In this document: piece after piece, positions 9,512-19,050 of the stretch
Layout of the letters: every line of letters begins with the position of its first letter
Numbering within the stretch: position 1 is the stretch's first letter
NCBI GenBank assembly: GCA_020725675.1
Contig: DYEP01000006.1
Span: forward strand, 12,160-76,159
From: Symbiobacterium sp.
Lineage (GTDB): Bacteria > Bacillota > Sulfobacillia > DUSP01 > DYEP01
Reading direction: 5' to 3'
DNA length: 64,000 nucleotides
The notes under the pieces: generated by a model
What the model was told of the DNA's origin: nothing
Database searches by the model: none
What the model saw: the letters and a program-made list of their open reading frames with translations, nothing else
Position numbers and translations under genes: made by a program

Positions 9512-11608
9512 CTATGGTGAGAACCGCACACGCACGATTGTTCCAGATGGTACCTGTGTGCCTGGTACCGGGTCCTGCTCTATGGCAAGCCCGCTTCCTT
9601 CAGTCTCCATTTGCAGGCCTACCTGCGCCAGCGTAGCTGCGACGCTGCGCATGGTCTTACCGATCAGGTCAGGCACAGTCACCTGCTCTTTCCCTCCGGG
9701 CTCTCCCTCCGTGAAGGCAATCACCATGGTGTCTTTCTTCACAGAAGCCCCGGCCGCAGGCGTCTGCTGCAATATCCTGGGTCCGCCACCCTCCACAAAC
9801 ACCCGGACGCCTGCCTCACGCGCGACCGACATGGCCTCGGCTGGCGTGAGGTTGACCACATTCGGTACCGTGACCTGGATATCTGCAGGGTCCGCAGCGC
9901 TAGGCTTTAGATCTGTCGAAGTCTTGGGTGCCGGTGGTATCTCCAGGTACTGTAGCACATCGCGCACGACCGCAGCCCACAGCGGTGCCGCTATCTGCCC
10001 GCCGTAGTAAGCGCCCTCAGGTTCATCCAACATGGCCAAAGCGATGAGCTTCGGATTGTCATAGGGTACAAACCCCACGAACATCGCAGTATACCGCCCT
10101 CTCACTATCCGGCCCTCAACCACCTTCTGCGCGGTACCTGTCTTGCCCGCCACGGTGTACCCTTCAATATACGCGTGCCTGCCCGTGCCCTCTTCCACCA
10201 CGGATCGCATGGCCTCTTTAAGCTCACGTGCCGTCTCCCTGGAGATGACCTGTCTTAACATTTCAGGCGGCTGTTCCGCAACCACCACGCCCTCCGGGCT
10301 TCTTATCTCCTTTAAAAGGTGCGGTCTCATGAGCTTTCCGTCGTTAGCGATGGCTGCCACTGCAGTGATGAGCTGAAGCGGCGTCACCGTGAGCGTCTGG
10401 CCGAAAGACATCACAGCAAGGTCCACTGTCTTCATTACATCGGGTTTCAGCATGATGCCAGTGGCTTCTCCTGGGAAATCGATACCGGTCTTGTCAGTCA
10501 AGTTGAACGCCTGAACGTACTCGTAGAATTTCTCCTTACCCACCCGAAGCCCTACATTGACAAAGCCCACATTGCAGGAATGCCGGATCACTTCAAGAAA
10601 ACTCAAACTACCATGGTTTGAGCTCCAACAGCTTATAACAGCGCCCGGAACCTTGATGCTGCCACCGCAGAAAAACCTGTCCGACATCTTCACCAGCCCC
10701 TCTTCCAGAGCGGCTGCTGCTGTGATGGGTTTGAATGTAGATCCGGGGCTGAACGCGTCCACGACAGCGATGTTCCGCCGGTTTTGAACAGGGTAGTCAT
10801 TATAGTTGTTCGGGTCGTAATCCGGCCTAACAGCCATAGCGAGGATCTCCCCGGTGGTGGGGTCCATTACAATGATCACGCCGCCCTTTGCCTGGTGCCG
10901 GATCATGGCCTGTTCCAGTTCGCGCTCCGCGATAAACTGGACGACCTCGTCTATCGTCAGGTAGGCGTCATTGCCGTCCACAGGCGCGATGTACCTGTGC
11001 AACGCCTGGGGCATCTCCTGTCCCCTTGCGTCAAATTCAATGATAATTTTACCCTTTGAACCCCCAAGTGGTGTATCGTAAAAGAGCTCGACCCCTTCAA
11101 GCCCCTGGTTATCGATGCCGGCTATGCCCAACACATGTGAAGCCAAATTCCCTTTCGGATAGTACCTTTTTGACTCCTGAGTGGTCTCAATGCCAGGCAG
11201 CTTTTTCGCCTTCAGTTGTCTTGCCACGTCTTCTTCGATCTTTCTCTTGATCCAAACGAAAGACGACGGCAGCGTAATGCGCCTCAGTACGTCGTCCTTC
11301 TCCATCCCAAGGATCGTTGCAACTGTGGCAGCCGTCGATTCGGCATCTCTGATCTGGGCGGGGATCGCAAATACCGACTCCACGTTGACGGAAACAGCAA
11401 GTTCTCTCCCGCGCCGATCGTATATAGTGCCGCGCTTGGCTTCCACCGGTACCTCTCTTGTGCGCATATCAAGAGCCCTCTTTGCGAGCTCTTCTCCCTG
11501 GATGAATTGAATATAGGCCACCCTGACAAGCAGGACGGCCATGAACAACGCTGTCCCAATAAACACTACAGCCATACGCTTTCTTAAGCCCAGATCCGGC
11601 GCGGGCAA
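9512..11608 (-). CDS. class B penicillin-binding protein (PBP2B/FtsI/SpoVD family) with two C-terminal PASTA domains
   Basis: 698 aa; N-terminal TM, PBP dimerisation domain, transpeptidase motifs (STFK, SCN, KTG), two PASTA-like repeats at C-terminus; located between ftsL and murE. Confidence 0.85.
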   Translation of the reverse strand: MPAPDLGLRKRMAVVFIGTALFMAVLLVRVAYIQFIQGEELAKRALDMRTREVPVEAKRGTIYDRRGRELAVSVNVESVFAIPAQIRDAESTAATVATILGMEKDDVLRRITLPSSFVWIKRKIEEDVARQLKAKKLPGIETTQESKRYYPKGNLASHVLGIAGIDNQGLEGVELFYDTPLGGSKGKIIIEFDARGQEMPQALHRYIAPVDGNDAYLTIDEVVQFIAERELEQAMIRHQAKGGVIIVMDPTTGEILAMAVRPDYDPNNYNDYPVQNRRNIAVVDAFSPGSTFKPITAAAALEEGLVKMSDRFFCGGSIKVPGAVISCWSSNHGSLSFLEVIRHSCNVGFVNVGLRVGKEKFYEYVQAFNLTDKTGIDFPGEATGIMLKPDVMKTVDLAVMSFGQTLTVTPLQLITAVAAIANDGKLMRPHLLKEIRSPEGVVVAEQPPEMLRQVISRETARELKEAMRSVVEEGTGRHAYIEGYTVAGKTGTAQKVVEGRIVRGRYTAMFVGFVPYDNPKLIALAMLDEPEGAYYGGQIAAPLWAAVVRDVLQYLEIPPAPKTSTDLKPSAADPADIQVTVPNVVNLTPAEAMSVAREAGVRVFVEGGGPRILQQTPAAGASVKKDTMVIAFTEGEPGGKEQVTVPDLIGKTMRSVAATLAQVGLQMETEGSGLAIEQDPVPGTQVPSGTIVRVRFSP

Positions 11609-11644
11609 AACAAGAACCTCCTTTATTGCGGCGCTTGTAAACCG

Positions 11645-12118
11645 CTATTTGGCAGGCCTTGCCTCCGCTTTGCCATCACCCATAGCCAACCACCTTGTAA
11701 AACTGGAAAGGGACTGAGCGAGCCGCGCAAAGAATCCGGTCCCGGCTTGTATAGGTTCCTCCACCTGGAGTGGCTCAGTCCGTGTTACGACTACCAGTCG
11801 TATTTCCGCAGGTTTCACCATACCGAGCCTGGTGACGGCTGCAGATTCAATGCGTTCGAGGGACTGAAGCCTTGCCACCTCCAACTCAAGGCGCTGGCTC
11901 TCTGCCTGCAGCACTCTGAGTTCTTCCCTGGCGCTCACAATACTGTAACCAAGGTGCGCAACAGTCGCGTGTCTTGATGTTATCACGAGGGCGACGAATA
12001 CCACAAGTACCAGCAACAACAAGTTCTCCACGATCTCTTTGTTCTTCTTGATCCTGCGCGCCCGTGCGGCCCTCTCTGCCGGGCCGTGCCCTTTAGTCTG
12101 CTCAATAGCTAATACCAT
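11645..12118 (-). CDS. ftsL: cell division protein FtsL-like (septum formation initiator family)
   Basis: 157 aa, single TM then coiled-coil (LRVLQAESQRLELEVARLQSLERIE); position between rsmH and PBP gene. Confidence 0.6.
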   Translation of the reverse strand: MVLAIEQTKGHGPAERAARARRIKKNKEIVENLLLLVLVVFVALVITSRHATVAHLGYSIVSAREELRVLQAESQRLELEVARLQSLERIESAAVTRLGMVKPAEIRLVVVTRTEPLQVEEPIQAGTGFFARLAQSLSSFTRWLAMGDGKAEARPAK

Positions 12119-12139
12119 AGTATTCGCCCCCTTTCCGCT

Positions 12140-13090
12140 TTAGAACTGCGCCGCAGTGCGTCGCGCTGCTCTCATCTTGGCCGATCTCGCCCGGGGATTC
12201 TCCCGGACCTCCTCTTCCCGGGGCGTGACCGGTCTCTTTGTCAATACTTCAAGAACACGCTTGGCCCCGCAGATGCAAGCAGGAAGTCCCCCGTGACACG
12301 TACAGTGGCCTGAAAGCCGCCTGAAAATCTGCTTGGTTATGCGGTCTTCCAGTGAGTGGTAGGAAATCACCACCACTTTGCCTTCTCCCACGCTTAGCAT
12401 GCTGCATGCTCCTTCCAACCCTTTCTTTAGCTCATCCAACTCCCCGTTGACCGCGATCCGGAGCGCCTGAAAGGTGCGTTTAGCGGGGTGCGGTCCATCG
12501 CTCCGGGCCGAGCGGGGTATTGCGGCCCGCACGATATCTACCAATTGTCCGGTAGTCCTAATGGGACCGTCCCGCCTCGCGGTGACGATAGAACCTGCGA
12601 TCCGCCGCGCCCAGCGTTCCTCTCCGTACTCCCACAGGATCCGTGTGAGCGTGTCAACGTCTGCCTGGTTGACCAGATCGGACGCAGTCATCTTGGACGC
12701 CGGATCCATTCTCATGTCAAGCGGTGCATCCTTGTTGTAGCTGAAGCCGCGCGACTCCTTATCCACATGACGCGACGACATACCCAGGTCGAACAAGATA
12801 CCGTCTGCCGATCTGCAACCGAGGTCTGAAAGGATATCCACTATCCTTGAAAACACCCCGTGGACCAACCTGATGCTGTCTGTAAAAGGGTCAAGACGCT
12901 CAGCTGCCGCTTCTATGGCCTCTGGATCCCTGTCTATCCCTACCAGCCTTGCCCGGCCGGCCGTGGCACGAAGAATCGCTTCGGAATGACCGCCGTCGCC
13001 CAGTGTGCAGTCGATATAAAGACCTCCCTCTTTAGGAGAGAGAAAATGCAGGACTTCCTTAACCATGACGGGCTGATGGTAGACTGTCAT
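12140..13090 (-). CDS. rsmH: 16S rRNA (cytosine1402-N4)-methyltransferase RsmH (MraW)
   Basis: 316 aa; N-terminus MTVYHQPVMVKEVL...IDCTLGDGGHSE is the RsmH SAM-binding signature. Confidence 0.9.
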   Translation of the reverse strand: MTVYHQPVMVKEVLHFLSPKEGGLYIDCTLGDGGHSEAILRATAGRARLVGIDRDPEAIEAAAERLDPFTDSIRLVHGVFSRIVDILSDLGCRSADGILFDLGMSSRHVDKESRGFSYNKDAPLDMRMDPASKMTASDLVNQADVDTLTRILWEYGEERWARRIAGSIVTARRDGPIRTTGQLVDIVRAAIPRSARSDGPHPAKRTFQALRIAVNGELDELKKGLEGACSMLSVGEGKVVVISYHSLEDRITKQIFRRLSGHCTCHGGLPACICGAKRVLEVLTKRPVTPREEEVRENPRARSAKMRAARRTAAQF

Positions 13091-13101
13091 GAGGAGTCCT
13101 C

Positions 13102-13533
13102 CTACAAATCGAAGTCAGCCAGTTTCTCCGCTATATCCTCATAGGAGACGTCTGTCCGGCGCTTATAATCTTCCCATCTTTCAGCGCTCCATATTTCCAC
13201 CCGCGTTGAAACCCCTATCACAACCACGTCCTTTTCGATGGACGAGTACTCACGCAAGTTCTGTGGAATAAGCACCCGCCCCTGACGGTCAAACTCGCCT
13301 TCGGTGGCTCCGGAGAACAGAAAGCGGGTGAATGCCCTTGCATCGGATTTGGTGAGCGAGAGCTGAGTCAGCCGTTTTTGGAGCCTCTCCCACTCCGGCA
13401 TTGGAAACACAAAAAGACAGTTCTCGAGCCCCCTGGCGATAATGAACCTGTCCCCCAGGTCTTCTCTCAGTTTGGAAGGCATTGTCAGCCTGCCTTTTTC
13501 GTCGATGGCGTGCTGGTACTCACCAATGAGCAA
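13102..13533 (-). CDS. mraZ: division/cell wall cluster transcriptional regulator MraZ
   Basis: 143 aa; MLIGEYQHAIDEKGRLTMPSKLRE... matches MraZ; TTG start preceded by GGGAGGAG. Confidence 0.9.
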   Translation of the reverse strand: MLIGEYQHAIDEKGRLTMPSKLREDLGDRFIIARGLENCLFVFPMPEWERLQKRLTQLSLTKSDARAFTRFLFSGATEGEFDRQGRVLIPQNLREYSSIEKDVVVIGVSTRVEIWSAERWEDYKRRTDVSYEDIAEKLADFDL

Positions 13534-13627
13534 AGGCCCTGTCTCCTCCCACTTCTACCCACTTTCCCCCACTCGGTGTAGTACTTCTACCACTATGCGG
13601 AAATTCCTTCTTTACTTTGCATCCGAA

Positions 13628-13660
13628 GGAAAAAATTTCAGGCCCGGGGATCCGGGCCTG
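13628..13660 (-). terminator. rho-independent terminator (minus strand) upstream of the mraZ promoter region
   Basis: GGCCCGG-GGAT-CCGGGCC hairpin followed on the minus strand by AAATTTTTTCC. Confidence 0.55.
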
Positions 13661-13690
13661 AACGGAACTTTTATTATGACGTGATCAAAT

Positions 13691-13873
13691 TTAAACGGGC
13701 ACTGTCTGAACCTTTGAGTAAAGACTCAACAGGGAAATCCTTTTTCCGCACTTGGGACACTGGAGTTCGTTGACTCCAGGCCCGCCGGTTAAGGATTTCC
13801 CTGTTGAAAGCTGGGTCCCCTGCGCCCCGCAACGTGGGCACACGAATTGCACCACCTGATGGCTCCCACTCAA
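13691..13873 (-). CDS. hypothetical 60-aa zinc-ribbon protein (CPRCG...CPKCG); may instead be part of a structured RNA
   Basis: ORF contains two CxxC pairs, but it also contains a perfect 13-bp inverted repeat with a nested 7-bp hairpin, so coding status is uncertain. Confidence 0.25.
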   Translation of the reverse strand: MSGSHQVVQFVCPRCGAQGTQLSTGKSLTGGPGVNELQCPKCGKRISLLSLYSKVQTVPV

Positions 13874-13935
13874 TTTGTGATGCCTCCCTGAGGTTCGTTT
13901 GTCAAAACACTTCGAGATCTAACCTCTTGACTCCT

Positions 13936-14754
13936 TCATGTGGCCATTGGAAAACTCCCAAGAACGCGAAGCGAAACTGTTTTAGTGCTGAGTTCCGAAA
14001 TCGCCTCAACCAACGAAGAGTCAGACATGTGAGCAGCGACATCTAGGTAAAAAAGATATTCCCACGGCCTGTCTCCAATGGGCCTTGACTCTAATTTAAG
14101 CAGGTTGATCTGTCTGTATGCAAAAGCGCCCAGCACCCAAAAAAGTGCAGCAGGCCTGTGCGCCGTTGCCAGCACCAGCACCGTCTTATTCTTCTCTCCA
14201 CGGGGAACCTCGCGCGTGCCTATGGCGTAAAACCGCGTGTAGTTGTTTGCTCTTGATTGAACCCCTCTTGCCAAAACAGTAAGACCATAAAGTTCGGCTG
14301 CCCTCTCAGAAGCGAGGGCTGCGGCATGTTCCATGCGTTCCATCGCGATCATGCGGGCACTGCCCGCAGTATCATAAACCGCCACCGCTTCGACACCGAG
14401 CTCCTTCAAGAATTCACTGCACTGAGCAAGCGCTTGCGGGTGAGAGTATACCCGCCTTATGCTGTCCAGGGTGGCACCTTTGGGGGCAAGTAAGCAGTGA
14501 TTTACTGGCAATACAACCTCCCCGAAGATCCTAAATGGGTAAAGGAGCAAGAGATCGTAGCTTTCGTTGATACTACCCGCGAGAGAGTTTTCGATGGGTA
14601 TTAGGCCGTCAGTAGCCTTGTGCTGGGCGAGCGCTTCAAACACATCAGACAGCGTCCGGCAGGGATAGGTCTTCACCTCCCCGAACATCTTGATCACCGC
14701 TTCTTCACTATATGCTCCGGGCTCCCCCTGAAAGGCTACTATCGTTTCTTCCAT
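13936..14754 (-). CDS. pheA: prephenate dehydratase (PDT domain + C-terminal ACT domain)
   Basis: 272 aa; PDT-domain conserved blocks and ACT regulatory domain ending ...LRVLGSFP. Confidence 0.85.
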   Translation of the reverse strand: MEETIVAFQGEPGAYSEEAVIKMFGEVKTYPCRTLSDVFEALAQHKATDGLIPIENSLAGSINESYDLLLLYPFRIFGEVVLPVNHCLLAPKGATLDSIRRVYSHPQALAQCSEFLKELGVEAVAVYDTAGSARMIAMERMEHAAALASERAAELYGLTVLARGVQSRANNYTRFYAIGTREVPRGEKNKTVLVLATAHRPAALFWVLGAFAYRQINLLKLESRPIGDRPWEYLFYLDVAAHMSDSSLVEAISELSTKTVSLRVLGSFPMAT

Positions 14755-14920
14755 ACTGTCCTACCTCTCCTAGTAGTTACTAGTAGTCACGTGTTGCAAC
14801 AAGTGTAGCACAACAACTCGGATAGGGAAAGCCCCATGCAAGAAACTTATCCTCGGCCCTTTGGGTGTCCCGTCAGCCCGGTCCGTTCAAAGATCACGGA
14901 TCACGTCCCTGCGCCAAAAG

Positions 14921-14958
14921 AAAATAGCAGGAACTTTTCCTGCTATTTCCCGTTTTTC
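14921..14958. terminator. bidirectional rho-independent terminator
   Basis: AATAGCAGGAA-ctt-TTCCTGCTATT hairpin flanked by A-run upstream and TCCCGTTTTT downstream. Confidence 0.6.
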
Positions 14959-15086
14959 GGTTCAACTCTGGGAGGTTTGGACGGCTGGGAACTGATGTCC
15001 TTTCCGCAGTAAGGGCAGATCCAAACCCCTCGCTCCGTAGCGGAATAGGAGTCGTTCCGACAGTAAGGGCACTCCTTCCTAAACAC
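14943..15086 (-). CDS. hypothetical 47-aa zinc-ribbon protein (not in ORF track, below size cutoff)
   Basis: Manual translation: (GTG)MFRKECPYCRNDSYSATERGVWICPYCGKDISSQPSKPPRVEPKNGK*; GAGGA SD 5 nt upstream of GTG; stop codon lies in the terminator stem. Confidence 0.35.
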   Translation of the reverse strand: MFRKECPYCRNDSYSATERGVWICPYCGKDISSQPSKPPRVEPKNGK

Positions 15087-15158
15087 AGAAGTCCTCAACG
15101 CCTTCCAAATCTACTTTGAACCGCTTCGCTATGCCTCTCCTCGGCGAGGACACCGCTC

Positions 15159-15509
15159 TTAGCCCTCAACGACCTCGGAGAAGTAAATCACTGTAACTAA
15201 CTCGTCCGGGGATATTTCCCTCATATAAATCTCTTTCAGGAAATCCATTGCATCATCGATGGTCTTCATGTCAGGGTTTTCGCCCTGGAGGTCCTCGGGA
15301 GTGAGCTCTGAAACAGTCTTCACCGTCACCTTGTCCAGGACGGCCGTGCACAGCTTCTTCCTAGGACGAAACCTGTCTCCGTGAGTCACCCAAACAAGGT
15401 CTCCCACCGCATATTTGGAGGTCTTATCTCCGAGCCTTATTGTACAGTGTTTTTCTCCAGCCAGTATGTTGACGTGATAGACGGATGAGTAAAAATTAAG
15501 TGCCCTCAA
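15159..15509 (-). CDS. ASCH domain-containing protein (PUA-like fold)
   Basis: 116 aa; ILAGEKHCTIRLGDK...GDLVWV matches ASCH GxKxxTxR core. Confidence 0.55.
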   Translation of the reverse strand: MRALNFYSSVYHVNILAGEKHCTIRLGDKTSKYAVGDLVWVTHGDRFRPRKKLCTAVLDKVTVKTVSELTPEDLQGENPDMKTIDDAMDFLKEIYMREISPDELVTVIYFSEVVEG

Positions 15510-15604
15510 ACGCCTCTCACCTCCCCCACCGATGGCTTCTGATTAACTTCAACAACACCGCAACAATTCCTTCCTGAACATCTCTCTCCAGACTTTTTCA
15601 GAAT

Positions 15605-16720
15605 CTACTGAAGAATTGCAAGAAGTATGCCGGCGGCTACCGCGCTGCCTATAACCCCTGCGACGTTGGGCCCCATAGCATGCATCAAGAGAAAGTTCCC
15701 AGGGTTTTCTTTCTGGCCCACGACCTGCGAAACACGGGCCGCCATGGGTACGGCCGAGACTCCGGCAGAACCGATCAACGGGTTTACTTTCCCCCCGCTC
15801 AGAGCATACATGAGTTTCCCCAGCAGCACGCCTGCGGCAGTGCCTATGGAAAATGCAGCGAGCCCGAGCAGGATGATATATATCGTTGACAGAGTAAGAA
15901 ATACCTCTCCCCGGGTGGTAGCGCCCACCGTAAGGCCGAGAAATATGGTGACGATGTTGATGAGCTCATTCTGGGCGGTCTTTGACAACCTGTCCACCAC
16001 ACCCGCTTCCCTGAGCAGGTTCCCAAACATCAGCATACCTATGAGAGCAAGCGCAGAGGGCAGCAGGAGCCCTGTAGCGATCATCACAACGATGGGGAAC
16101 AGTATCCGTTCCTTGCGCGAAACGGGCCTGAGCTGCTCCATTACCACGGAGCGCTCCTTCTTCGTAGTGAGCGCTTTCATGATGGGCGGCTGAATGATGG
16201 GTACCAGTGCCATATATGAATAGGCCGCCACAGCTATCGGGCCCAATAGCTCGGGCGCCAGTTTTGAGGTGAGGAAAATGGCAGTGGGTCCATCAGCTCC
16301 ACCGATGATCCCTATACTCGCAGCCTGTTGCGGCGTAAAACCTAGTGCCAAGGCCCCCAGGAGTGTGGTGAAGATCCCGAACTGGGCTGCAGCGCCGAGC
16401 AAAAAGGTCTTGGGATTGGCGATGAGCGGTCCAAAGTCGGTCATGGCACCGACGCCCAAGAATATCAGGGGTGGGTAAATGCCTAACTTCACTCCGAGGT
16501 ACAAAAAACTCAGCAACCCCCCAGGTTCCATGAGACCTGCTTTTGGAATGTTGGCCAGTAGCACACCAAACCCGATGGGCAGAAGGAGCAGCGGCTCATA
16601 TCTTTTTTCAATAGCCAGGTAGATAAGGACTCCACCCACAACCAGCATAACGGCCCCTCTCCAGTCCAGGCTCAAAAAACCGCTGCTGGTAATGAAATCA
16701 TACAAGTCAGCCCAGAGCAT
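15605..16720 (-). CDS. mmdB: Na+-transporting methylmalonyl-CoA/oxaloacetate decarboxylase beta subunit (membrane Na+ pump subunit)
   Basis: 371 aa polytopic membrane protein with OadB/MmdB/GcdB family hallmarks; last gene of decarboxylase operon. Confidence 0.8.
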   Translation of the reverse strand: MLWADLYDFITSSGFLSLDWRGAVMLVVGGVLIYLAIEKRYEPLLLLPIGFGVLLANIPKAGLMEPGGLLSFLYLGVKLGIYPPLIFLGVGAMTDFGPLIANPKTFLLGAAAQFGIFTTLLGALALGFTPQQAASIGIIGGADGPTAIFLTSKLAPELLGPIAVAAYSYMALVPIIQPPIMKALTTKKERSVVMEQLRPVSRKERILFPIVVMIATGLLLPSALALIGMLMFGNLLREAGVVDRLSKTAQNELINIVTIFLGLTVGATTRGEVFLTLSTIYIILLGLAAFSIGTAAGVLLGKLMYALSGGKVNPLIGSAGVSAVPMAARVSQVVGQKENPGNFLLMHAMGPNVAGVIGSAVAAGILLAILQ

Positions 16721-16735
16721 GATCCAGCCCCCTCC

Positions 16736-17122
16736 CTATTCGATAACAGCAAGAACGTCCCCTGTGTTGACGCTGGCACCTTTCGTTACTTCCAGAGACT
16801 TTACCCGTCCTTCAAACGGGGACTGGATCTCATTTTCCATCTTCATAGCTTCGAGGATGAACATGACTGTCCCTGCTTTCACTTCGGAACCTACAGCCAC
16901 CTTGACATCCACTATGACGCCGGGCATCGGAGCAGTGATCTGGTTTTCTCCCGGAGCAGCTGTTCTTTTCGGCGCCGGGGGGGCAGCTTTTTCTCTTTCT
17001 GCCTGGGCAGGTGCGGCGGCTGCCGGTCTTGTATTTGGCTTGTCCGGTTTTTGGTCTCCGCCGTGTTCCTCGATTACTACCTCAAAAACCTCTCCATTCA
17101 CTGTCACCCTGTATTTCTTCAT
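16736..17122 (-). CDS. mmdC: biotin carboxyl carrier subunit of Na+-pumping decarboxylase (biotinyl domain, AMKM)
   Basis: 128 aa; Ala/Pro-rich linker then ...VMFILEAMKMENEI... biotin attachment motif. Confidence 0.85.
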   Translation of the reverse strand: MKKYRVTVNGEVFEVVIEEHGGDQKPDKPNTRPAAAAPAQAEREKAAPPAPKRTAAPGENQITAPMPGVIVDVKVAVGSEVKAGTVMFILEAMKMENEIQSPFEGRVKSLEVTKGASVNTGDVLAVIE

Positions 17123-17466
17123 CGATTGCTCCCCCTTCGAACAAACATCCTCGCCCTCTCGATCATCTGAGCTTGCCTCCCCGCAGCGCCCCAGGACGGT
17201 GAGGTGCCACCCACTTTCTTGATGGAAAGAACCCTCGGGGCTGACGACAATTCCAGGTGATAGGCGAGTGCTGCAGCGATGGCTGCTACCACCTTTGCAT
17301 CGTTGGCTTTGCCGCTTTCTACGTTCCCCGGTGCAACCGGGGTGCGGGCATTACGTGGTTGCCTGGGACCGCCAAACACGCTCAAGGCTCCCATGAGCAG
17401 GGCCAGCGCTATGAGGGAAGCAAATACCACGCTCATGCCCAACAAAGTCAACCTTATTCCGAGCAT
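17119..17466 (-). CDS. small membrane subunit of Na+-pumping decarboxylase (OadG/MmdD-like)
   Basis: Track ORF is 160 aa, but the conserved part starts at the internal Met, MLGIRLTLLGMSVVFASLIALALLMGAL (OadG-like TM helix); start re-set to 17466. Confidence 0.5.
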   Translation of the reverse strand: MLGIRLTLLGMSVVFASLIALALLMGALSVFGGPRQPRNARTPVAPGNVESGKANDAKVVAAIAAALAYHLELSSAPRVLSIKKVGGTSPSWGAAGRQAQMIERARMFVRRGSNR

Positions 17467-17494
17467 AACACCGTTTTCCAAAGTGACTGCCCTC

Positions 17495-19048
17495 CTACAC
17501 TGGCAGGTTTCCGTGTTTTCGCGCCGCCCGTGCCTCCCGCTTGGAAGACATGGCGGCAAATGCAGCCACAAGCTGCGGTCTCGTCTCTGCGGGATCAACA
17601 ATAACGTCCACGTATCCTCTGCTGGCGGCTACGTACGGATTGGCGAACTGTTCACGGTACGCGGCGATCTTCTCCCTTCTTAACGCCGCCGGGTCGTCCG
17701 CGCGGGCGATCTCGTCCCTGAATATAATATTCGCAGCGCCCTCAGGCCCCATGACGGCCACTTCCGCCTGCGGCCACGCAAGCACCTGGTCAGCACCTAA
17801 AGATCTTGAACACATCGCCAGGTATGCCCCACCATAGGCCTTCCTCAGTATGACCGTGATCTTCGGTACCGTAGCCTCCGAAAACGCATAAAGCAGTTTC
17901 GCACCGTGTCTTATGATCCCACCGTACTCCTGATCCGTGCCAGGCAGATAACCCGGTGTATCCACCAGCGTAAGCAAGGGAATATTGAAGGCGTCACAGA
18001 AACGTACAAACCTTGATGCCTTATCGGAAGCGTTGATATCGAGACAGCCTGCAAGTGTCCGTGGCTGGTTGGCGACCACTCCGACTGGCATCCCTGAGAT
18101 CCTGCAAAAGCCCACGACCAGGTTTTGCGCCCACCCTGCGTGTACTTCAAGGAAGTCACCGGCATCCACCACCAGCCGGATCACGTCCCGCACGTCATAG
18201 GGCTTGTTCGGGTCTGTCGGGACGATGTCCCGGAGGCGCTCCTCCATCCTATCTATGGGGTCCTCGCACTTGACTCTCGGCGGGTCCTCCATGTTATTGG
18301 ACGGGAGGAATGACAAAAGCCTGCGTACTGTCGCCAGGCACTCCTCCTCGTTTTCAGCTTTGAAGTGGGCGACCCCGCTTTTTGTGGCGTGCGTCCGCGC
18401 CCCGCCTAGCTGCTCAGGCGAGACTTCTTCGCCTGTGACGGCTTTGATCACCTGCGGTCCGGTGATAAACATCTGGCTTGTGCCCTCTACCATGAACACG
18501 AAGTCAGTCAGCGCAGGCGAGTAGACTGCTCCCCCGGCCGAGGGACCCATGATAACAGAAATCTGAGGGATGACCCCCGAAGCCATGGTGTTCCTGAAGA
18601 AAATGTTGCCGTATCCGTTCAGTGCGTCTACGCCCTCTTGAATTCGGGCTCCGCCTGAGTCGTTCAACCCGACCAGCGGGGCGCCCGCTTTCATCGCTAA
18701 ATCCATGACCTTGCAGATCTTGGCAGCGTGCATCTCACCCAGGCTACCCCCTATGACCGTAAAATCCTGAGCGAATGCGTAGACTAGCCTGCCGTCTATG
18801 GAGCCGTACCCGGTTATTACCCCCTCGCCTGGCGCCTCCACATCCTCCATGCCAAAAGCTGTGCACCGGTGCTTTACAAACATGTCCAGTTCTATAAAGC
18901 TTCCTTCGTCAAACAGCAGGTTCAATCTTTCCCGCGCGGTGAGCTTGCCTGCTTCGTGCTGTTTTGCCACCCGCTTTTCGCCGCCACCCGCACGCACTCG
19001 CTCGCGGGCTGCTTGCAGTTGCTCGATGAGTTCGGTAATGTCTGGCAA
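17495..19048 (-). CDS. mmdA: methylmalonyl-CoA decarboxylase alpha subunit / carboxyltransferase (propionyl-CoA carboxylase beta-chain family)
   Basis: 517 aa; carboxyl-transferase N and C domains. Confidence 0.85.
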   Translation of the reverse strand: MPDITELIEQLQAARERVRAGGGEKRVAKQHEAGKLTARERLNLLFDEGSFIELDMFVKHRCTAFGMEDVEAPGEGVITGYGSIDGRLVYAFAQDFTVIGGSLGEMHAAKICKVMDLAMKAGAPLVGLNDSGGARIQEGVDALNGYGNIFFRNTMASGVIPQISVIMGPSAGGAVYSPALTDFVFMVEGTSQMFITGPQVIKAVTGEEVSPEQLGGARTHATKSGVAHFKAENEEECLATVRRLLSFLPSNNMEDPPRVKCEDPIDRMEERLRDIVPTDPNKPYDVRDVIRLVVDAGDFLEVHAGWAQNLVVGFCRISGMPVGVVANQPRTLAGCLDINASDKASRFVRFCDAFNIPLLTLVDTPGYLPGTDQEYGGIIRHGAKLLYAFSEATVPKITVILRKAYGGAYLAMCSRSLGADQVLAWPQAEVAVMGPEGAANIIFRDEIARADDPAALRREKIAAYREQFANPYVAASRGYVDVIVDPAETRPQLVAAFAAMSSKREARAARKHGNLPV

Positions 19049-19050
19049 GT

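Noticed and set aside
24-11587. Many plus-strand ORFs of 60-230 aa (e.g. 149-703, 2025-2603, 5068-5490, 9471-10007, 11216-11587) lying antisense to dcw genes
   Set aside because: They overlap well-supported minus-strand genes, have low-complexity Ser/Pro/Arg/Cys-rich translations with no recognisable motifs, and are the expected open frames on the antisense strand of GC-rich coding DNA.
13691-13940. SRP RNA / 6S / RNase P RNA identity for the structured pheA-mraZ spacer
   Set aside because: I compared it by eye with the conserved SRP domain-IV, RNase P P4 and 6S features. Beyond a short CCCGCAACG resemblance to E. coli 4.5S RNA, no convincing match was found, so it is reported only as an unclassified structured element.
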